This document shows, piece after piece, positions 29,847 to 40,615 of a stretch of DNA of 64,000 nt. The DNA lies in assembly GCA_902541175.1 (NCBI GenBank), contig CACBPP010000002.1:14581-78580 (forward strand), in the 5' to 3' direction. Numbering within the stretch: the first letter of the stretch is position 1; every line of letters begins with the position of its first letter. Source of the stretch: an uncultured SAR86 cluster bacterium (GTDB taxonomy: Bacteria > Pseudomonadota > Gammaproteobacteria > Magnimaribacterales > D2472). The position numbers were made by a program, and so were the translations under genes. The notes beneath the pieces were generated by a model. That model made no database searches. It saw nothing but the letters and a program-made list of their open reading frames with translations, and was not told the DNA's origin.

Positions 29847-30641
29847 ATGCATGAAATTGCCGACATAGCTTGTAATTTTACTAGTGATAGATTTGATAAT
29901 GATTTAGATGAAGTTATAGATCGAGCTATTGCTAATCATATTACTAAATTTGGTCTTATCTGCAGTCGATTAAGAGATATAGATAAGTTACTAGATATAT
30001 ATAATCGATATTCTAAAAATATGTTTTTTACAATCGGAGTTCATCCACATCATGCAAACGAAATCAATGCAAAATATTTAGAAAAACTTAAAGAAGTAAT
30101 TAATAAAAATAATCCTCATGCAATTGGTGAAACAGGATTAGATTTCTTTAGAAACTTATCAACCTATGAAGAACAAATGTATGCATTTGAGGAGCAAATC
30201 AAAATAGCAATTGATACAAATAAGCCTCTTTTTCTTCATCAAAGAGATTCACATGAAGACTTTATTAAAATTCTAAGAAAATATTCATCTGATATTAGCA
30301 AAGCAGTTGTTCATTGTTTTACCGGAACACAAAGTCAATTAGATGATTATTTAGAATTAGATTGTTATATAGGTGTTACTGGTTGGATATGTGATGAAAA
30401 AAGAAATGTTGAGCTTCGCAAAACCATCAAAAATATACCTTTATCAAAATTAATGATAGAAACTGATTGTCCATATTTAATACCTAAGAATCTTCTAGAT
30501 AAACCTAAAAATAATAGAAATGAACCAAGTTACTTAAACCATATTGTGACAGAGATATCTATACTTCTAGATACTGATGAAGAAGATATTAGAAATGAAT
30601 CATTTAAAAATACTTTAAGTTTTTTTCAAAGCGTCAATTGA
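29847..30641 (+). CDS. tatD: TatD family hydrolase
   Basis: TIGVHPHHA, IGETGLDF, LFLHQRD, VVHCFTG, IETDCPYL. Confidence 0.92.
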   Translation: MHEIADIACNFTSDRFDNDLDEVIDRAIANHITKFGLICSRLRDIDKLLDIYNRYSKNMFFTIGVHPHHANEINAKYLEKLKEVINKNNPHAIGETGLDFFRNLSTYEEQMYAFEEQIKIAIDTNKPLFLHQRDSHEDFIKILRKYSSDISKAVVHCFTGTQSQLDDYLELDCYIGVTGWICDEKRNVELRKTIKNIPLSKLMIETDCPYLIPKNLLDKPKNNRNEPSYLNHIVTEISILLDTDEEDIRNESFKNTLSFFQSVN

Positions 30642-31724
30642 TAAGTTAAATTCTTTACATATGTCATCAAGATCTGCTCCAACTTGTTTTGCATTATGTT
30701 TGATTTTTTGTTTAGTTACTGAATACCTAGGCGATGCATTAGGTTGATTGAATCCATCGATGTTAATAAAGGCTTCTCTTTCAATGTTATGAGGATGTTT
30801 TTTAGCCTCTTCCATACTTAATACAGGTGAGACGCAGGCATCACTGTCTTTGAATATTTCAATCCATTCAGATCTAGACTTTGATTTAATTTTTGATGAC
30901 ATAATATTTTTTAATTCAGGCCAAAGGTCTGTATTGTGTTGATCTTTAAATTTGTCTTCTTCTATACCAAGTTTATCTAAAAGCTCTGAGTAAAATTGAG
31001 GCTCTATGGACCCTACTGCTAAAAATTTGTTATCTGAACATTCATAGGTGTCATAAAAATGTGCAAAACCATCTAAAAGATTTGATTCTCTTTTATCTAC
31101 CCAGTGACCCATTTCTTTTAGTGAATAAAAGAATGACATTAGTGAAAGTGATCCGTCCACCATTGCAGAGTCAACAACTTGCCCTTCTCCGGTTCTTAAA
31201 GCATGTATCAATCCAGAAACAATTCCAAAAGCTAAATGCATTCCACCACCCCCATAATCACCAATTAAATTTAGTGGCGGAGTTGGATTAGAGTCCTTTC
31301 TACCAATAGAATTAAGAGCACCTGAGAGGCTAATATAATTAATATCATGACCTGCCAATTTTGACATTGGTCCCTCTTGACCCCACCCTGTCATGCGACC
31401 GTATACTAGTTTAGGATTTACCTTTAAACAATCATCAGGCCCAATACCTAACTTTTCCATAACACCAGGTCTAAATCCCTCAAAAACTACATCTACTTGA
31501 GTGACAAGTTTGAGCAATTCATTAACTGATTCTTTATTTTTTAAATCTGCCGTTATGCTTCGCTTGGAACGATTGTGAATATCATACTTATTTTCTAATC
31601 CTTCAGTATCCTTTCTACTAACTCTTATTACATCAGCTCCTAAATCCGCCAATAACATTCCGCAATACGGACCTGGACCAATGCCTGAAAACTCTATAAC
31701 TTTAATATCTTTTAAAGGTCCCAT
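30615..31724 (-). CDS. CaiB/BaiF class III CoA transferase / alpha-methylacyl-CoA racemase
   Basis: GPGPYCGMLLADLGADV, EGFRPGVMEKLG, GRMTGWGQ, GHDINY, GDYGGGG. Confidence 0.92.
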   Translation of the reverse strand: MGPLKDIKVIEFSGIGPGPYCGMLLADLGADVIRVSRKDTEGLENKYDIHNRSKRSITADLKNKESVNELLKLVTQVDVVFEGFRPGVMEKLGIGPDDCLKVNPKLVYGRMTGWGQEGPMSKLAGHDINYISLSGALNSIGRKDSNPTPPLNLIGDYGGGGMHLAFGIVSGLIHALRTGEGQVVDSAMVDGSLSLMSFFYSLKEMGHWVDKRESNLLDGFAHFYDTYECSDNKFLAVGSIEPQFYSELLDKLGIEEDKFKDQHNTDLWPELKNIMSSKIKSKSRSEWIEIFKDSDACVSPVLSMEEAKKHPHNIEREAFINIDGFNQPNASPRYSVTKQKIKHNAKQVGADLDDICKEFNLSIDALKKT

Positions 31725-31733
31725 GAGTTAATA

Positions 31734-34199
31734 CTATTGAAAAACTCTATATTTTACTAATAGATTTGGTAATAAAGTTAACGAACTTATAAAAGCTAAA
31801 ATCATTGCTATTGATGTGAAAAGTCCAAATAAAAGTGTTGGAAAAAAGTTGGAAAGTATGAGAATGCAAAAACCAGCTGAAATAGTTGTAGCTGTATAAA
31901 ATATTGCTCTTCCTGTTGTGCTATGTGCATTTTTTAATGCTTGACCAGAATTATTTTTTTTGAGTTCTTTTTTATATCTATAAATATAGTGAATAGTGTT
32001 ATCAACTGCCATTCCCACACTTATTGCTGCAACAGTAATTGTCATAATATCTAGAGGAATATTAAACAATCCTAATAATCCCATAACTGAAGATGCTACA
32101 AAGATATTTGGAATTAAGCCTATTAACATTACTTTCAAAGATCTAAAAATTAAAAATAACATTAAAGAAATTACAGCAAAGACAATAATCAGTGAACTTA
32201 TTTGAGATTGAAATAATGACTGAAGCATATTGTTGTATAACACAGCCAAGCCAGTAATTTCATATTGAGATTCTTCTAAATTAAACTTATTTTGAAGATC
32301 ATTATTTATTTTTTTAAGCAAAACATCTCTATTTAAACTTGATGCAGATTCATTTACTCTTGTAGATATTCTGACAACTGAGTCATCTTTATTAATGTAA
32401 GAATATAAAAGTGTTTCTCTTATATCCTCTGGTAAAACAGATCTTAGTAGAGCTAATTCAAGATCATTTAGATCCTCACCATCATTAATCTGTCTTGCTA
32501 ACTTTACTCCACTTGCAACACTTAATACTTTACCAATTTCAGGAATTGAATCTAGATAATCATGAATTTTCTCTAGTTCATTTAAAGAATATATATTCCA
32601 CCAATAACCAGCTGCTGAGCTTGATTCATCTTCAAATAAATCATCATCAAAAAATTCATCCTCAATCTCAATAGATTCAAATGAATCTTCAGGTTGAGAA
32701 ATAATAATATCAAGAGTTGCAGTACCTCCAAGCTTAGAATCAATTTCATACATTCCTTTATATATTTCTGTATCAGGATCAAAGTAATCAATAAATCTAT
32801 TTTCTACTTCCAACTTAGATATTCCAAAACATAAAAGTAAAAATGAAATACCAAAAACAAATGAAACTAAGCGAACATTTTTCTGAGAAAATTTTAATAA
32901 CGATTTTGTTACTTTATGAATCGATAAATAATCTCTTGATTGATTGGTTGTTAATAGATATATCAAACAAGGTAAAAATGTAAACGTTAAAATAAATGCT
33001 ATTGAGATCCCGAATGCCATCATTTTACCAAATTCAATTACCGGTTTTATTTCTCCAAAAGTAAGTGATAAAAATGCTACAGCAGTTGTTAAAGCTGCAA
33101 AAAAACATGGTGCAAACATTTGCTCATAACCTTTCAATATAGCAGTTCTAAAATCATGTTTTTCTTTTAATTCATTTATCTTAACTAGCAAGTGAACTGT
33201 TAATGAGATTGTTAAAATTAATAAAAGCGCGATAAAATTTGAGGATACTACACTGATTTTCCAATCCATGAATCCAAGAAAACCAGCGGTTATGAATGTT
33301 GCTAAAAAAGCGTTCATTAAGGGTAAAATCACAAGCCAAATTGACCCAAAAAAGAGGTAGAGCATTACTGCAAAAATTATTGCTACTGCCAAACCAAATA
33401 TTGTTAAATCAGACTCAATATATTCCATCATATCAGTTGCTATCATTGATGGACCACCAAGATAAATGGTTGCATCATCTCTATATTTATCAAGAGTATT
33501 TCTTATGTTATTTATAAGAATCTTATTAAATTCTGATTCTGAATCATTAATCTTACTTATTCTTGAATTAATATCATTTAGATCATTTTGAAGATCTAGT
33601 CGACTTTTGCTCGTAAGAACTTCTTTTGAATCAAGTTTCTCAAGAATCGCATATCTTTTAGTAATAAGATTGTTGTATTCATTATTACCTTTAAGTACAA
33701 CCTGCATAGCTGTAACTTTTCCATCTTTGCTGATAATTAACTCTTTATATATAGGATTATTAATAATCTCTTCTTTGGCTAGATATAAATCTATATCTTC
33801 AAAAGTTATATCTTTTAAGTTATCAGCTACATCTGTTAAACCAACTTTTGGTTGAAAAAAAATAGGTGCATCGAGGAGTGATAAAACAGAATCAACTCCA
33901 TCAATATTTTTTAAATCATTTTCTAAGTTTGCAATCCTGTTAATGGAATAATCAGAAAATAATTCTTTACTAGGTTCATAAGTAACAATCAAAAAACTTG
34001 AGTCACCAAATTCATCCTCAGCTTCTCTGTATGTTTTTAAAGATTCATCATTTTCTAAAACCAGAGCATCTGAAGATGCATCAAGTTTAAAATTACTCAG
34101 TCCTAGCCCAGATAAGACAGTTAGGGCAAAAATTAAAAATAAAATAATTATGTACTTATCGATTAGAACGGAAGCAATATTTTTTAAATCTATTCTCAT
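31734..34199 (-). CDS. MMPL/RND family lipid transporter
   Basis: 821 aa, two TM blocks, TTAVAFLSL, GMAVDNTIH. Confidence 0.87.
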   Translation of the reverse strand: MRIDLKNIASVLIDKYIIILFLIFALTVLSGLGLSNFKLDASSDALVLENDESLKTYREAEDEFGDSSFLIVTYEPSKELFSDYSINRIANLENDLKNIDGVDSVLSLLDAPIFFQPKVGLTDVADNLKDITFEDIDLYLAKEEIINNPIYKELIISKDGKVTAMQVVLKGNNEYNNLITKRYAILEKLDSKEVLTSKSRLDLQNDLNDINSRISKINDSESEFNKILINNIRNTLDKYRDDATIYLGGPSMIATDMMEYIESDLTIFGLAVAIIFAVMLYLFFGSIWLVILPLMNAFLATFITAGFLGFMDWKISVVSSNFIALLLILTISLTVHLLVKINELKEKHDFRTAILKGYEQMFAPCFFAALTTAVAFLSLTFGEIKPVIEFGKMMAFGISIAFILTFTFLPCLIYLLTTNQSRDYLSIHKVTKSLLKFSQKNVRLVSFVFGISFLLLCFGISKLEVENRFIDYFDPDTEIYKGMYEIDSKLGGTATLDIIISQPEDSFESIEIEDEFFDDDLFEDESSSAAGYWWNIYSLNELEKIHDYLDSIPEIGKVLSVASGVKLARQINDGEDLNDLELALLRSVLPEDIRETLLYSYINKDDSVVRISTRVNESASSLNRDVLLKKINNDLQNKFNLEESQYEITGLAVLYNNMLQSLFQSQISSLIIVFAVISLMLFLIFRSLKVMLIGLIPNIFVASSVMGLLGLFNIPLDIMTITVAAISVGMAVDNTIHYIYRYKKELKKNNSGQALKNAHSTTGRAIFYTATTISAGFCILILSNFFPTLLFGLFTSIAMILAFISSLTLLPNLLVKYRVFQ

Positions 34200-34501
34200 T
34201 TCTTATTAACACAGTTTGGCGAATCAATAATCATTGGATTATTTTTAAACTCTTCCTTATCAAACGAATGAATAGATAGCGCATGAATTTGATTCATAAT
34301 ATTACCCAGAGCTTTATAAATTGTTTGATGTTGTTTAATTTTTGGAACATCTTTAAATGAATCGCTAACAAGAATTACTTTGAAGTGGCTCTCGGAGCCT
34401 TCAGGGACATTATGCATATAGCTCTCATTAGTTATTGATAATATTGATGGATTGAACTCATCAATTAAAACATTTTTAATAGTATTTTCAATGTTTTCCA
34501 T
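34196..34501 (-). CDS. bolA: BolA family protein
   Basis: NESYMHNVP, SESHFKV, IHALSIH, SPNC. Confidence 0.9.
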   Translation of the reverse strand: MENIENTIKNVLIDEFNPSILSITNESYMHNVPEGSESHFKVILVSDSFKDVPKIKQHQTIYKALGNIMNQIHALSIHSFDKEEFKNNPMIIDSPNCVNKK

Positions 34502-34525
34502 TTTGCATTAATGAATAATGATTAG

Positions 34526-34984
34526 CTACCTCTTCAAAATTTTGTTATACACAAAAGCAAAAATAACTATAAATAAAGCCCCTGTAGCAACAGGCATTAT
34601 AACGAATTCAATAGTTTTTGCTCCCAAAATTGCAATTATAGGATTAGCTCCTGCTGGTGGGTGAGTAGTTTTAGTAATTATCATCAGAAATATTGCAAAA
34701 GATAACGCTAATGATATTGAAATAGGCGAATTACCCAAAAGGTAAAACATTAAAACACCAGATGAAGCTGAGAGAATATGTCCAAAAAAGACATTTCTTG
34801 GCTGGGCTAATGGGCTATCATGCACAGCCATAACCAATACCAAACTTGCTCCAAATGGGGGTATCAACCAAATATTTGTTTCATCAATAGAGTTAAAATA
34901 CGATATAAAAAAAATACATAAAAAAGCACCCAGACAAGATATTAAAGTATTTGTATTATCCTTAAAAAAATTTTTAAATTTCAT
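34526..34984 (-). CDS. HPP family membrane protein
   Basis: PPFGAS, SPLAQPRN, THPPAGA. Confidence 0.9.
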   Translation of the reverse strand: MKFKNFFKDNTNTLISCLGAFLCIFFISYFNSIDETNIWLIPPFGASLVLVMAVHDSPLAQPRNVFFGHILSASSGVLMFYLLGNSPISISLALSFAIFLMIITKTTHPPAGANPIIAILGAKTIEFVIMPVATGALFIVIFAFVYNKILKR

Positions 34985-35020
34985 ACTTTTTAGATTTCCT
35001 GCTTTTTAAATAAAGATAAT

Positions 35021-35212
35021 TTATCCATCTAAAATTGATTGATTGTCCAATCCTTCAATCTCTTTGATAACCTTTTCCCACTTTGCCCATTCATCATTGT
35101 TAAGTTCTGCTGCGAATTCTGCAGCCCTCAACATTGCAACAGTTTGAGCGTCATCTCCGTATTGAGATACCAGTGCTGTTGCTATTGATTTAATAGTTTT
35201 CTTTTCATCCAT
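35021..35212 (-). CDS. small helical hypothetical protein
   Basis: 63 aa ORF with normal composition filling the gap. Confidence 0.7.
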   Translation of the reverse strand: MDEKKTIKSIATALVSQYGDDAQTVAMLRAAEFAAELNNDEWAKWEKVIKEIEGLDNQSILDG

Positions 35213-35264
35213 ATTTTTAGGTTAACCAATATTGAGCACTTTATCCAATGTATAATTAACTTAA

Positions 35265-36179
35265 ATGAACATTTTATGGGTTAAGGACAATAATATTGGA
35301 CATGAAAAGCAAGTAAAAAATCTACTTGATGAAATTTCCAAGAAAATTGATCTACATATTGATGAGAGACTTGTAAAAGGGTTTTTTCCTTTTTTCACAT
35401 ATTTAGAAAACGTTGAAGAAAAAAAATATGATCTAATCATTGGAGCTGGTCATAAAACTTACTCATTAATATTAGATACTAAAAAGAATCAAAAGAGTGA
35501 AACAAAATCAGTAGCAATTCTTTCTCCTACTTTCAACAAAGACAAATTTGATCTTATTTGTGCTCCCAATCATGATAAAGACAAATTTAAAAAAACTGAT
35601 AATGTCATTTTCTTTGAGGGATCAATTGCAAAAGTATCAGATAGTGAAACTGATGAAAATATAGTTTTAATTGCGGTTGGTGGTAAAAATAAACATTACT
35701 ATTTTGATGAAGATCATATCATTGCTCAAGTTAATTATTTTATATCTGTTCACCCAAATAAAATTTGTTATATTTTTAATTCAAGAAGAACGCCCCCCTC
35801 TACAAATCAAAAATTAAAGTCACTACAAGATATATACAATAATATTAAGTTTTTTGATTTCAATCATGGCTCAAGTGATTTTGAAACAACTTTAAAAAAT
35901 GCAAACTCTAAATTGATAACTAGGGATAGCGTTAATATGGTTTTTGAAAGTCTCTCTTGCAAAGGTAAAACATACCTAATGGATATGAAAAAAATTAGGA
36001 GCTCAAATAAGGTAGTAAAAGTTATTGATAGTCTTATTGAGAATAAAAAAATTGGTTTTATTGATTGTAGTGATATCACAGATGGTGTGTCTAAAATGAA
36101 ACTTCAAAAACAAAATATTCATAATGAAATTTTTGCTGAAGTTGAAAAAATTTCATATAAATTATTAAAACTAATATGA
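35265..36179 (+). CDS. ELM1/GtrOC1-like putative glycosyltransferase
   Basis: GHEKQ, IIGAGHKT, DLICAPNHD, NSRRTP, TRDSVNMVFE. Confidence 0.78.
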   Translation: MNILWVKDNNIGHEKQVKNLLDEISKKIDLHIDERLVKGFFPFFTYLENVEEKKYDLIIGAGHKTYSLILDTKKNQKSETKSVAILSPTFNKDKFDLICAPNHDKDKFKKTDNVIFFEGSIAKVSDSETDENIVLIAVGGKNKHYYFDEDHIIAQVNYFISVHPNKICYIFNSRRTPPSTNQKLKSLQDIYNNIKFFDFNHGSSDFETTLKNANSKLITRDSVNMVFESLSCKGKTYLMDMKKIRSSNKVVKVIDSLIENKKIGFIDCSDITDGVSKMKLQKQNIHNEIFAEVEKISYKLLKLI

Positions 36180-37147
36180 ATACAGTTCATTTTGTTATGA
36201 GTGATGCTTTTGCTGGAATTGAGCAGCATGTAGACGAACTCTTATCAAATAATCTTTTAAAAAATCCTATTCTTATATGTAATGAATCTATTGCACATAA
36301 CTTTAATCAGAACATTAAAATTTTCAAAATTAAAAATTATGGAAGAAGATCTTTAATAGGTAAATATCAAATAAAAAAATTATTAAAAAGAATTAATCCA
36401 GACATTGTTCATACCCATGGAGCTAAAACAACTGCAATAATTTCATACATAAAGAAAAAAAATTATAAGCATATAGCTACAGTTCATGGTATTAAAAAAA
36501 ATAAATCCATCTTTGAAAAACCTGACTTTATAATTGGAGTTAGTGAAATAGCCATACAAGATATCAAAAATAATGCAGAGATTGTTTCAAATTGGTGGTA
36601 TCCAAACTTATCTAAATTTCAAACTAAAAAACATAAATATGCATTAGCAATAGGAAGGCTAGAAAAAATTAAAGGTTTTGACATTTTGATTTCATCATGG
36701 AGAAATATTGATAAAGAACTTTTAATAATAGGATCTGGCAAAGAAAAAGAAAACTTGATGTCACTTATAGAAAGATATGGACTTTCAAAGAAAATAAAAA
36801 TACTTGAGAACATAAAAAGAGAAGATCTTAAAAATTATTACAAAGATGCTTCTGTGTTGATCGTTTCATCAAGAGATGAAGGAGGACCAAGAGTAGCACT
36901 AGAAGCTCTATTTCTTGAAGTTCCTGTGCTTTCAACAAATGTAGGACATATGAGTGATATTCTTCCTCAAGAATTATTAGCTGATAAAAATGATCAAAAA
37001 TCCTTACAAAAACTTCTAGAAAAATATGTAGACAATATAGATATACTTAATCAAGAAGCTATTTTTGATTTCGTAACTCAAGAATACTCTATTGAAAAGA
37101 AGATTAATGAAATACAAAAAATTTATTGCTCTGTGCTTAATAGCTGA
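36176..37147 (+). CDS. GT4 family glycosyltransferase
   Basis: GIEQHV, IVHTHG, IGRLEKIKG, SRDEGGPRVALEA. Confidence 0.88.
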   Translation: MNTVHFVMSDAFAGIEQHVDELLSNNLLKNPILICNESIAHNFNQNIKIFKIKNYGRRSLIGKYQIKKLLKRINPDIVHTHGAKTTAIISYIKKKNYKHIATVHGIKKNKSIFEKPDFIIGVSEIAIQDIKNNAEIVSNWWYPNLSKFQTKKHKYALAIGRLEKIKGFDILISSWRNIDKELLIIGSGKEKENLMSLIERYGLSKKIKILENIKREDLKNYYKDASVLIVSSRDEGGPRVALEALFLEVPVLSTNVGHMSDILPQELLADKNDQKSLQKLLEKYVDNIDILNQEAIFDFVTQEYSIEKKINEIQKIYCSVLNS

Positions 37148-38223
37148 TGATATAGGTTTATAGTTTCATTTATCATTCTTTCAGAGGTAAAAACATTTTC
37201 TTTTGGAGTTAAGTAGTTTTTATCAGATACTTTTATTACTTTCTCCTCTAAAGCATTAATATTACCAAGAGGAACTAAGCCGTTCGGAAATAGTTCTTCA
37301 AGTATTTCTTTTGTTCCTCCATGATCCCAACCTATAAATTTTGCTCCACAACTTATTGCTTCTATAGTTGTTCTTCCAAATGGTTCAGGATCAACAGAAA
37401 GATTGAAAACAATATCAGATATTTTATAAATATTGCTAATATCATTTCTTGAACCAGTAAAGGTTATACTTTTATTAATGCCAAGTTCTGAAATTTTCTT
37501 TTTTAGGGAATTTAAATATCTTAGTTTGGAATTTGAAGTTGGCCCTACAATCAAACCATGAAAAACATTACCATCTAATCTAGAAATTAACTCAATAAAG
37601 TTATCAACCCCTTTCCACTTCGAAATTCTTGTTGGCAAAGTAAGAATAATCTTATTTTTTGTTTGAGGAAATTCTCTAAACCACTTATTTATCCAATCAT
37701 TATCAACTTGATTTTTATTAAAATGGTCCATATCGCAGCCTCTCGGAATAACCGAGATCCTATCGTTACTTACGTTGTAAGTATTTTTAATATATTCCTT
37801 TACGGTATTGGATATAGCAATCATATGATCAACTTTAGACATTACCTGACTGTAAACTGGTGTACTGTATAAGCCATGAAATGTTGATATTAAAATTGGT
37901 TTTTTTATCAATCTTTTAAAAGCATAAAAATTTATCCATGCTGGCATTCTAGATCTTACATGAACGATATCAGGTTTTTCCTTTTCATATACAGTTCGTA
38001 ACTTCTTAGATAATAGTAATGAAAATAAGCTTTTTTTATGAATTGGTATTTTTATGTGCCTCGCGCCATCTTTAACAATATCATGTTCAAATATTCCTCC
38101 ATTAGAAATAACAATAGATTCATGACCTCTTTGGACTAGTGCGCTTGAAAAATCTTTTGTTCCCCTTTCAACACCACCAATATTTAACTCTGGTAAAAGC
38201 TGAATGATTTTAAGTTTACTCAT
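37123..38223 (-). CDS. GT4 family glycosyltransferase
   Basis: GGVERGT, HVRSRMPAW, TFHGLYS, RISKWKG, PEPFGRTTIEA. Confidence 0.9.
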   Translation of the reverse strand: MSKLKIIQLLPELNIGGVERGTKDFSSALVQRGHESIVISNGGIFEHDIVKDGARHIKIPIHKKSLFSLLLSKKLRTVYEKEKPDIVHVRSRMPAWINFYAFKRLIKKPILISTFHGLYSTPVYSQVMSKVDHMIAISNTVKEYIKNTYNVSNDRISVIPRGCDMDHFNKNQVDNDWINKWFREFPQTKNKIILTLPTRISKWKGVDNFIELISRLDGNVFHGLIVGPTSNSKLRYLNSLKKKISELGINKSITFTGSRNDISNIYKISDIVFNLSVDPEPFGRTTIEAISCGAKFIGWDHGGTKEILEELFPNGLVPLGNINALEEKVIKVSDKNYLTPKENVFTSERMINETINLYHQLLSTEQ

Positions 38224-39424
38224 ATCTTAAAGAGACAGCTGGATCTAATTTAGCTGCTCTTTTTGCAGGCCATATTCCAAAGAATAAACCTACGAGTGCT
38301 GAAAATGTTATTGACCCAATAATTGCGCTGAAAGGCATAGAAAAAACCCAGTCATTTATGGATGTAAATAAAAAGAGTAATGAAGTTGCTATTATGATGC
38401 CTAATATTCCGCCGAGTATACATAGAAGCACAGCTTCAATTATAAACTGCATCATTATTGATTTTTGTGTTGCACCAAGCGCTTTTCTTAACCCAATTTC
38501 ACGAGTTCTTTCAGTCACTGATACAAGCATAATATTCATAACACCAATTCCACCAACAATTAAGCTAATACCAGCAATGCCTGCAATCAAAGCTGTAAAA
38601 ATACCAGTTGCTTGTCTTCTTAGATCTGAATACTGACTCCAGTCATTAATTCTAAAATCATTTTCATCACCTGGACCGATATCATGCTTCTGTCTTAGGA
38701 TTTGTTCTATTGTCATCATAACGTAATCAACATTAGTTTCATTTGAGATTCCAACATTAATCCATCCGAGTCTATCAGTACCAAATACTCTTTGAGATGC
38801 GGTTAAAAGAGGAACATATAAGTCATCATCTGGATTTTGCCAACCCGTTGATCCCTCTTCTTTCAAAATTCCAATGACTTTATATGAAGTACCTGCAACA
38901 AGTATTTCGTTATTTAATAACTGTTTTGCTGTCGTTTTTAATTCAGCAGGCACTTTCGAGCCAACAATAATTACTTTTTTTCTTCCTAAATTTTCCTTTT
39001 CAGTAAATATTCGTCCTTGGCCGATTTCAAAGCCTCTTACTCTAAAATTAATTGGTAAATATCCGTTAATATTTCCACTAATATTTGAATTTCTAAATTT
39101 AATTTGTCTATTACCATTCATTGCTGGAGCAATCATCCAGTTATGTTCTTTATTGTCAGCTAATGCTTCTGCATCTTTTATAACTAAAGGATTAAACCCT
39201 GAAGATACTCCACCTCTTTTTCTCTGACTTGGAAATATTGAAAGTGTTCTAGGACCTAAGTCATCAATACTCGCTTCAAGTGCTTTTTCAGCACTTGATC
39301 CTATACCTATGACAGTAATAACTGCTGCAGTTCCAATAATTATAGCTAATGCTGTTAAAAAAGATCTTACTCCATTAGTTTTAATGGATGAGATAGCAGA
39401 TTTTATAGACTCTTCAATTAACAT
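38216..39424 (-). CDS. MacB-like ABC permease
   Basis: RSFLTALAIIIG, GGIGVMNIMLVSVTERTREIGLRKALGA, PAKRAAKLDP. Confidence 0.92.
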   Translation of the reverse strand: MLIEESIKSAISSIKTNGVRSFLTALAIIIGTAAVITVIGIGSSAEKALEASIDDLGPRTLSIFPSQRKRGGVSSGFNPLVIKDAEALADNKEHNWMIAPAMNGNRQIKFRNSNISGNINGYLPINFRVRGFEIGQGRIFTEKENLGRKKVIIVGSKVPAELKTTAKQLLNNEILVAGTSYKVIGILKEEGSTGWQNPDDDLYVPLLTASQRVFGTDRLGWINVGISNETNVDYVMMTIEQILRQKHDIGPGDENDFRINDWSQYSDLRRQATGIFTALIAGIAGISLIVGGIGVMNIMLVSVTERTREIGLRKALGATQKSIMMQFIIEAVLLCILGGILGIIIATSLLFLFTSINDWVFSMPFSAIIGSITFSALVGLFFGIWPAKRAAKLDPAVSLRYE

Positions 39425-40614
39425 TATCCAAAACTAAAAGTACCACTCACTCTTTCTTTAAAGCGCTTTTGATAATCAAAGAGACTTTTACTTGGAAGAA
39501 TGTAAACAACATCACCTTTTGATAATCCTTCAACTATTTCAACATTATATAAATCTGATACTCCAACTTTAACCCAAGATAAATAGGGACCTTTTTTTGA
39601 ATCTTTAATTACTATAAATCTATTAAAGTTTTCTCCGCCAACTCTTTCACCCAAAAATTTATCTATTTCTTCTATATCAATATCTAAAATTGCTGCTGCA
39701 GTATAAATGTCTTTTCTAGTTCTAAGCGACATGGTTGGAACGCTTAGACTAACATCTTTTTTAAGAATTTGAATTACAACATCTGTATTCATGCCAATAA
39801 GTAAAAGATTTTCCTCATTATCAATATCAATTAATACTGGAAAGGTTGTTACATTTTGTTGAACATACGCTTTTGGTTCTATTTTTGATACAGTACCAAT
39901 AAATTCTTTCTCTCTATATGCAGCTACTTTAATTGATACTTTTTGACCAATTGCCACCTTCCCAACATCTATTTCATCAACTAAGGCTCTCACTCTAACT
40001 TTAGACAAGTCTGCCATTGTCATGATTACGCTACCTTCTCCAAAAGCTGATGTGGGAGATGAAATAACCTGTCCAACTTCAACAGGTCGCGAAATGACAG
40101 TACCATCAATTGGTGATTTAACCACAGTATCATCTAGAGCAATTTTCGCATTTTCAAAAGAAACCTCATTTCTAACTAAAGTTGATTTTGCTTGAGCAAA
40201 ATTCTCTTTAATATCCTCGAAATCTTTATCAGAAATACTTGAATTTTTATGAAGTTCAATGCCTCTATCGTATTGAGATTCTGCATTTATCAGACGAACT
40301 TTTGCAGCTTCTAGATCTGATTTAGTTTGATCAACTATGTTATTTGCTGTTCTTTGATCAATTTGAGCAAGCATAAATCCTTTATCAACAAAATCTCCAA
40401 CTTCAGCACCAAGAAAAAGAACCTCACCTGATGCTTTAGACTTTATCTCAACTGATGAGATAGCTTCAATAACACCAGATGCATCAATTGAAACTTCTAA
40501 TTTTTGAGGTGTAGTTTGTTCTTTTTTATAAAACTGAGTTTCTTTATTATCTGATCCACCGCCACAGGCAGCTACAAAAAAAAGAATAACAAATATATAT
40601 TTAAAATTTTTCAT
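39424..40614 (-). CDS. MacA-like periplasmic adaptor subunit
   Basis: Lipoprotein-like VAAC, EIKSKASGEV, SPIDGTVI, VDEIDVGKV; ATG 40614 preferred over GTG 40623. Confidence 0.88.
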   Translation of the reverse strand: MKNFKYIFVILFFVAACGGGSDNKETQFYKKEQTTPQKLEVSIDASGVIEAISSVEIKSKASGEVLFLGAEVGDFVDKGFMLAQIDQRTANNIVDQTKSDLEAAKVRLINAESQYDRGIELHKNSSISDKDFEDIKENFAQAKSTLVRNEVSFENAKIALDDTVVKSPIDGTVISRPVEVGQVISSPTSAFGEGSVIMTMADLSKVRVRALVDEIDVGKVAIGQKVSIKVAAYREKEFIGTVSKIEPKAYVQQNVTTFPVLIDIDNEENLLLIGMNTDVVIQILKKDVSLSVPTMSLRTRKDIYTAAAILDIDIEEIDKFLGERVGGENFNRFIVIKDSKKGPYLSWVKVGVSDLYNVEIVEGLSKGDVVYILPSKSLFDYQKRFKERVSGTFSFG

Positions 40615-40615
40615 A

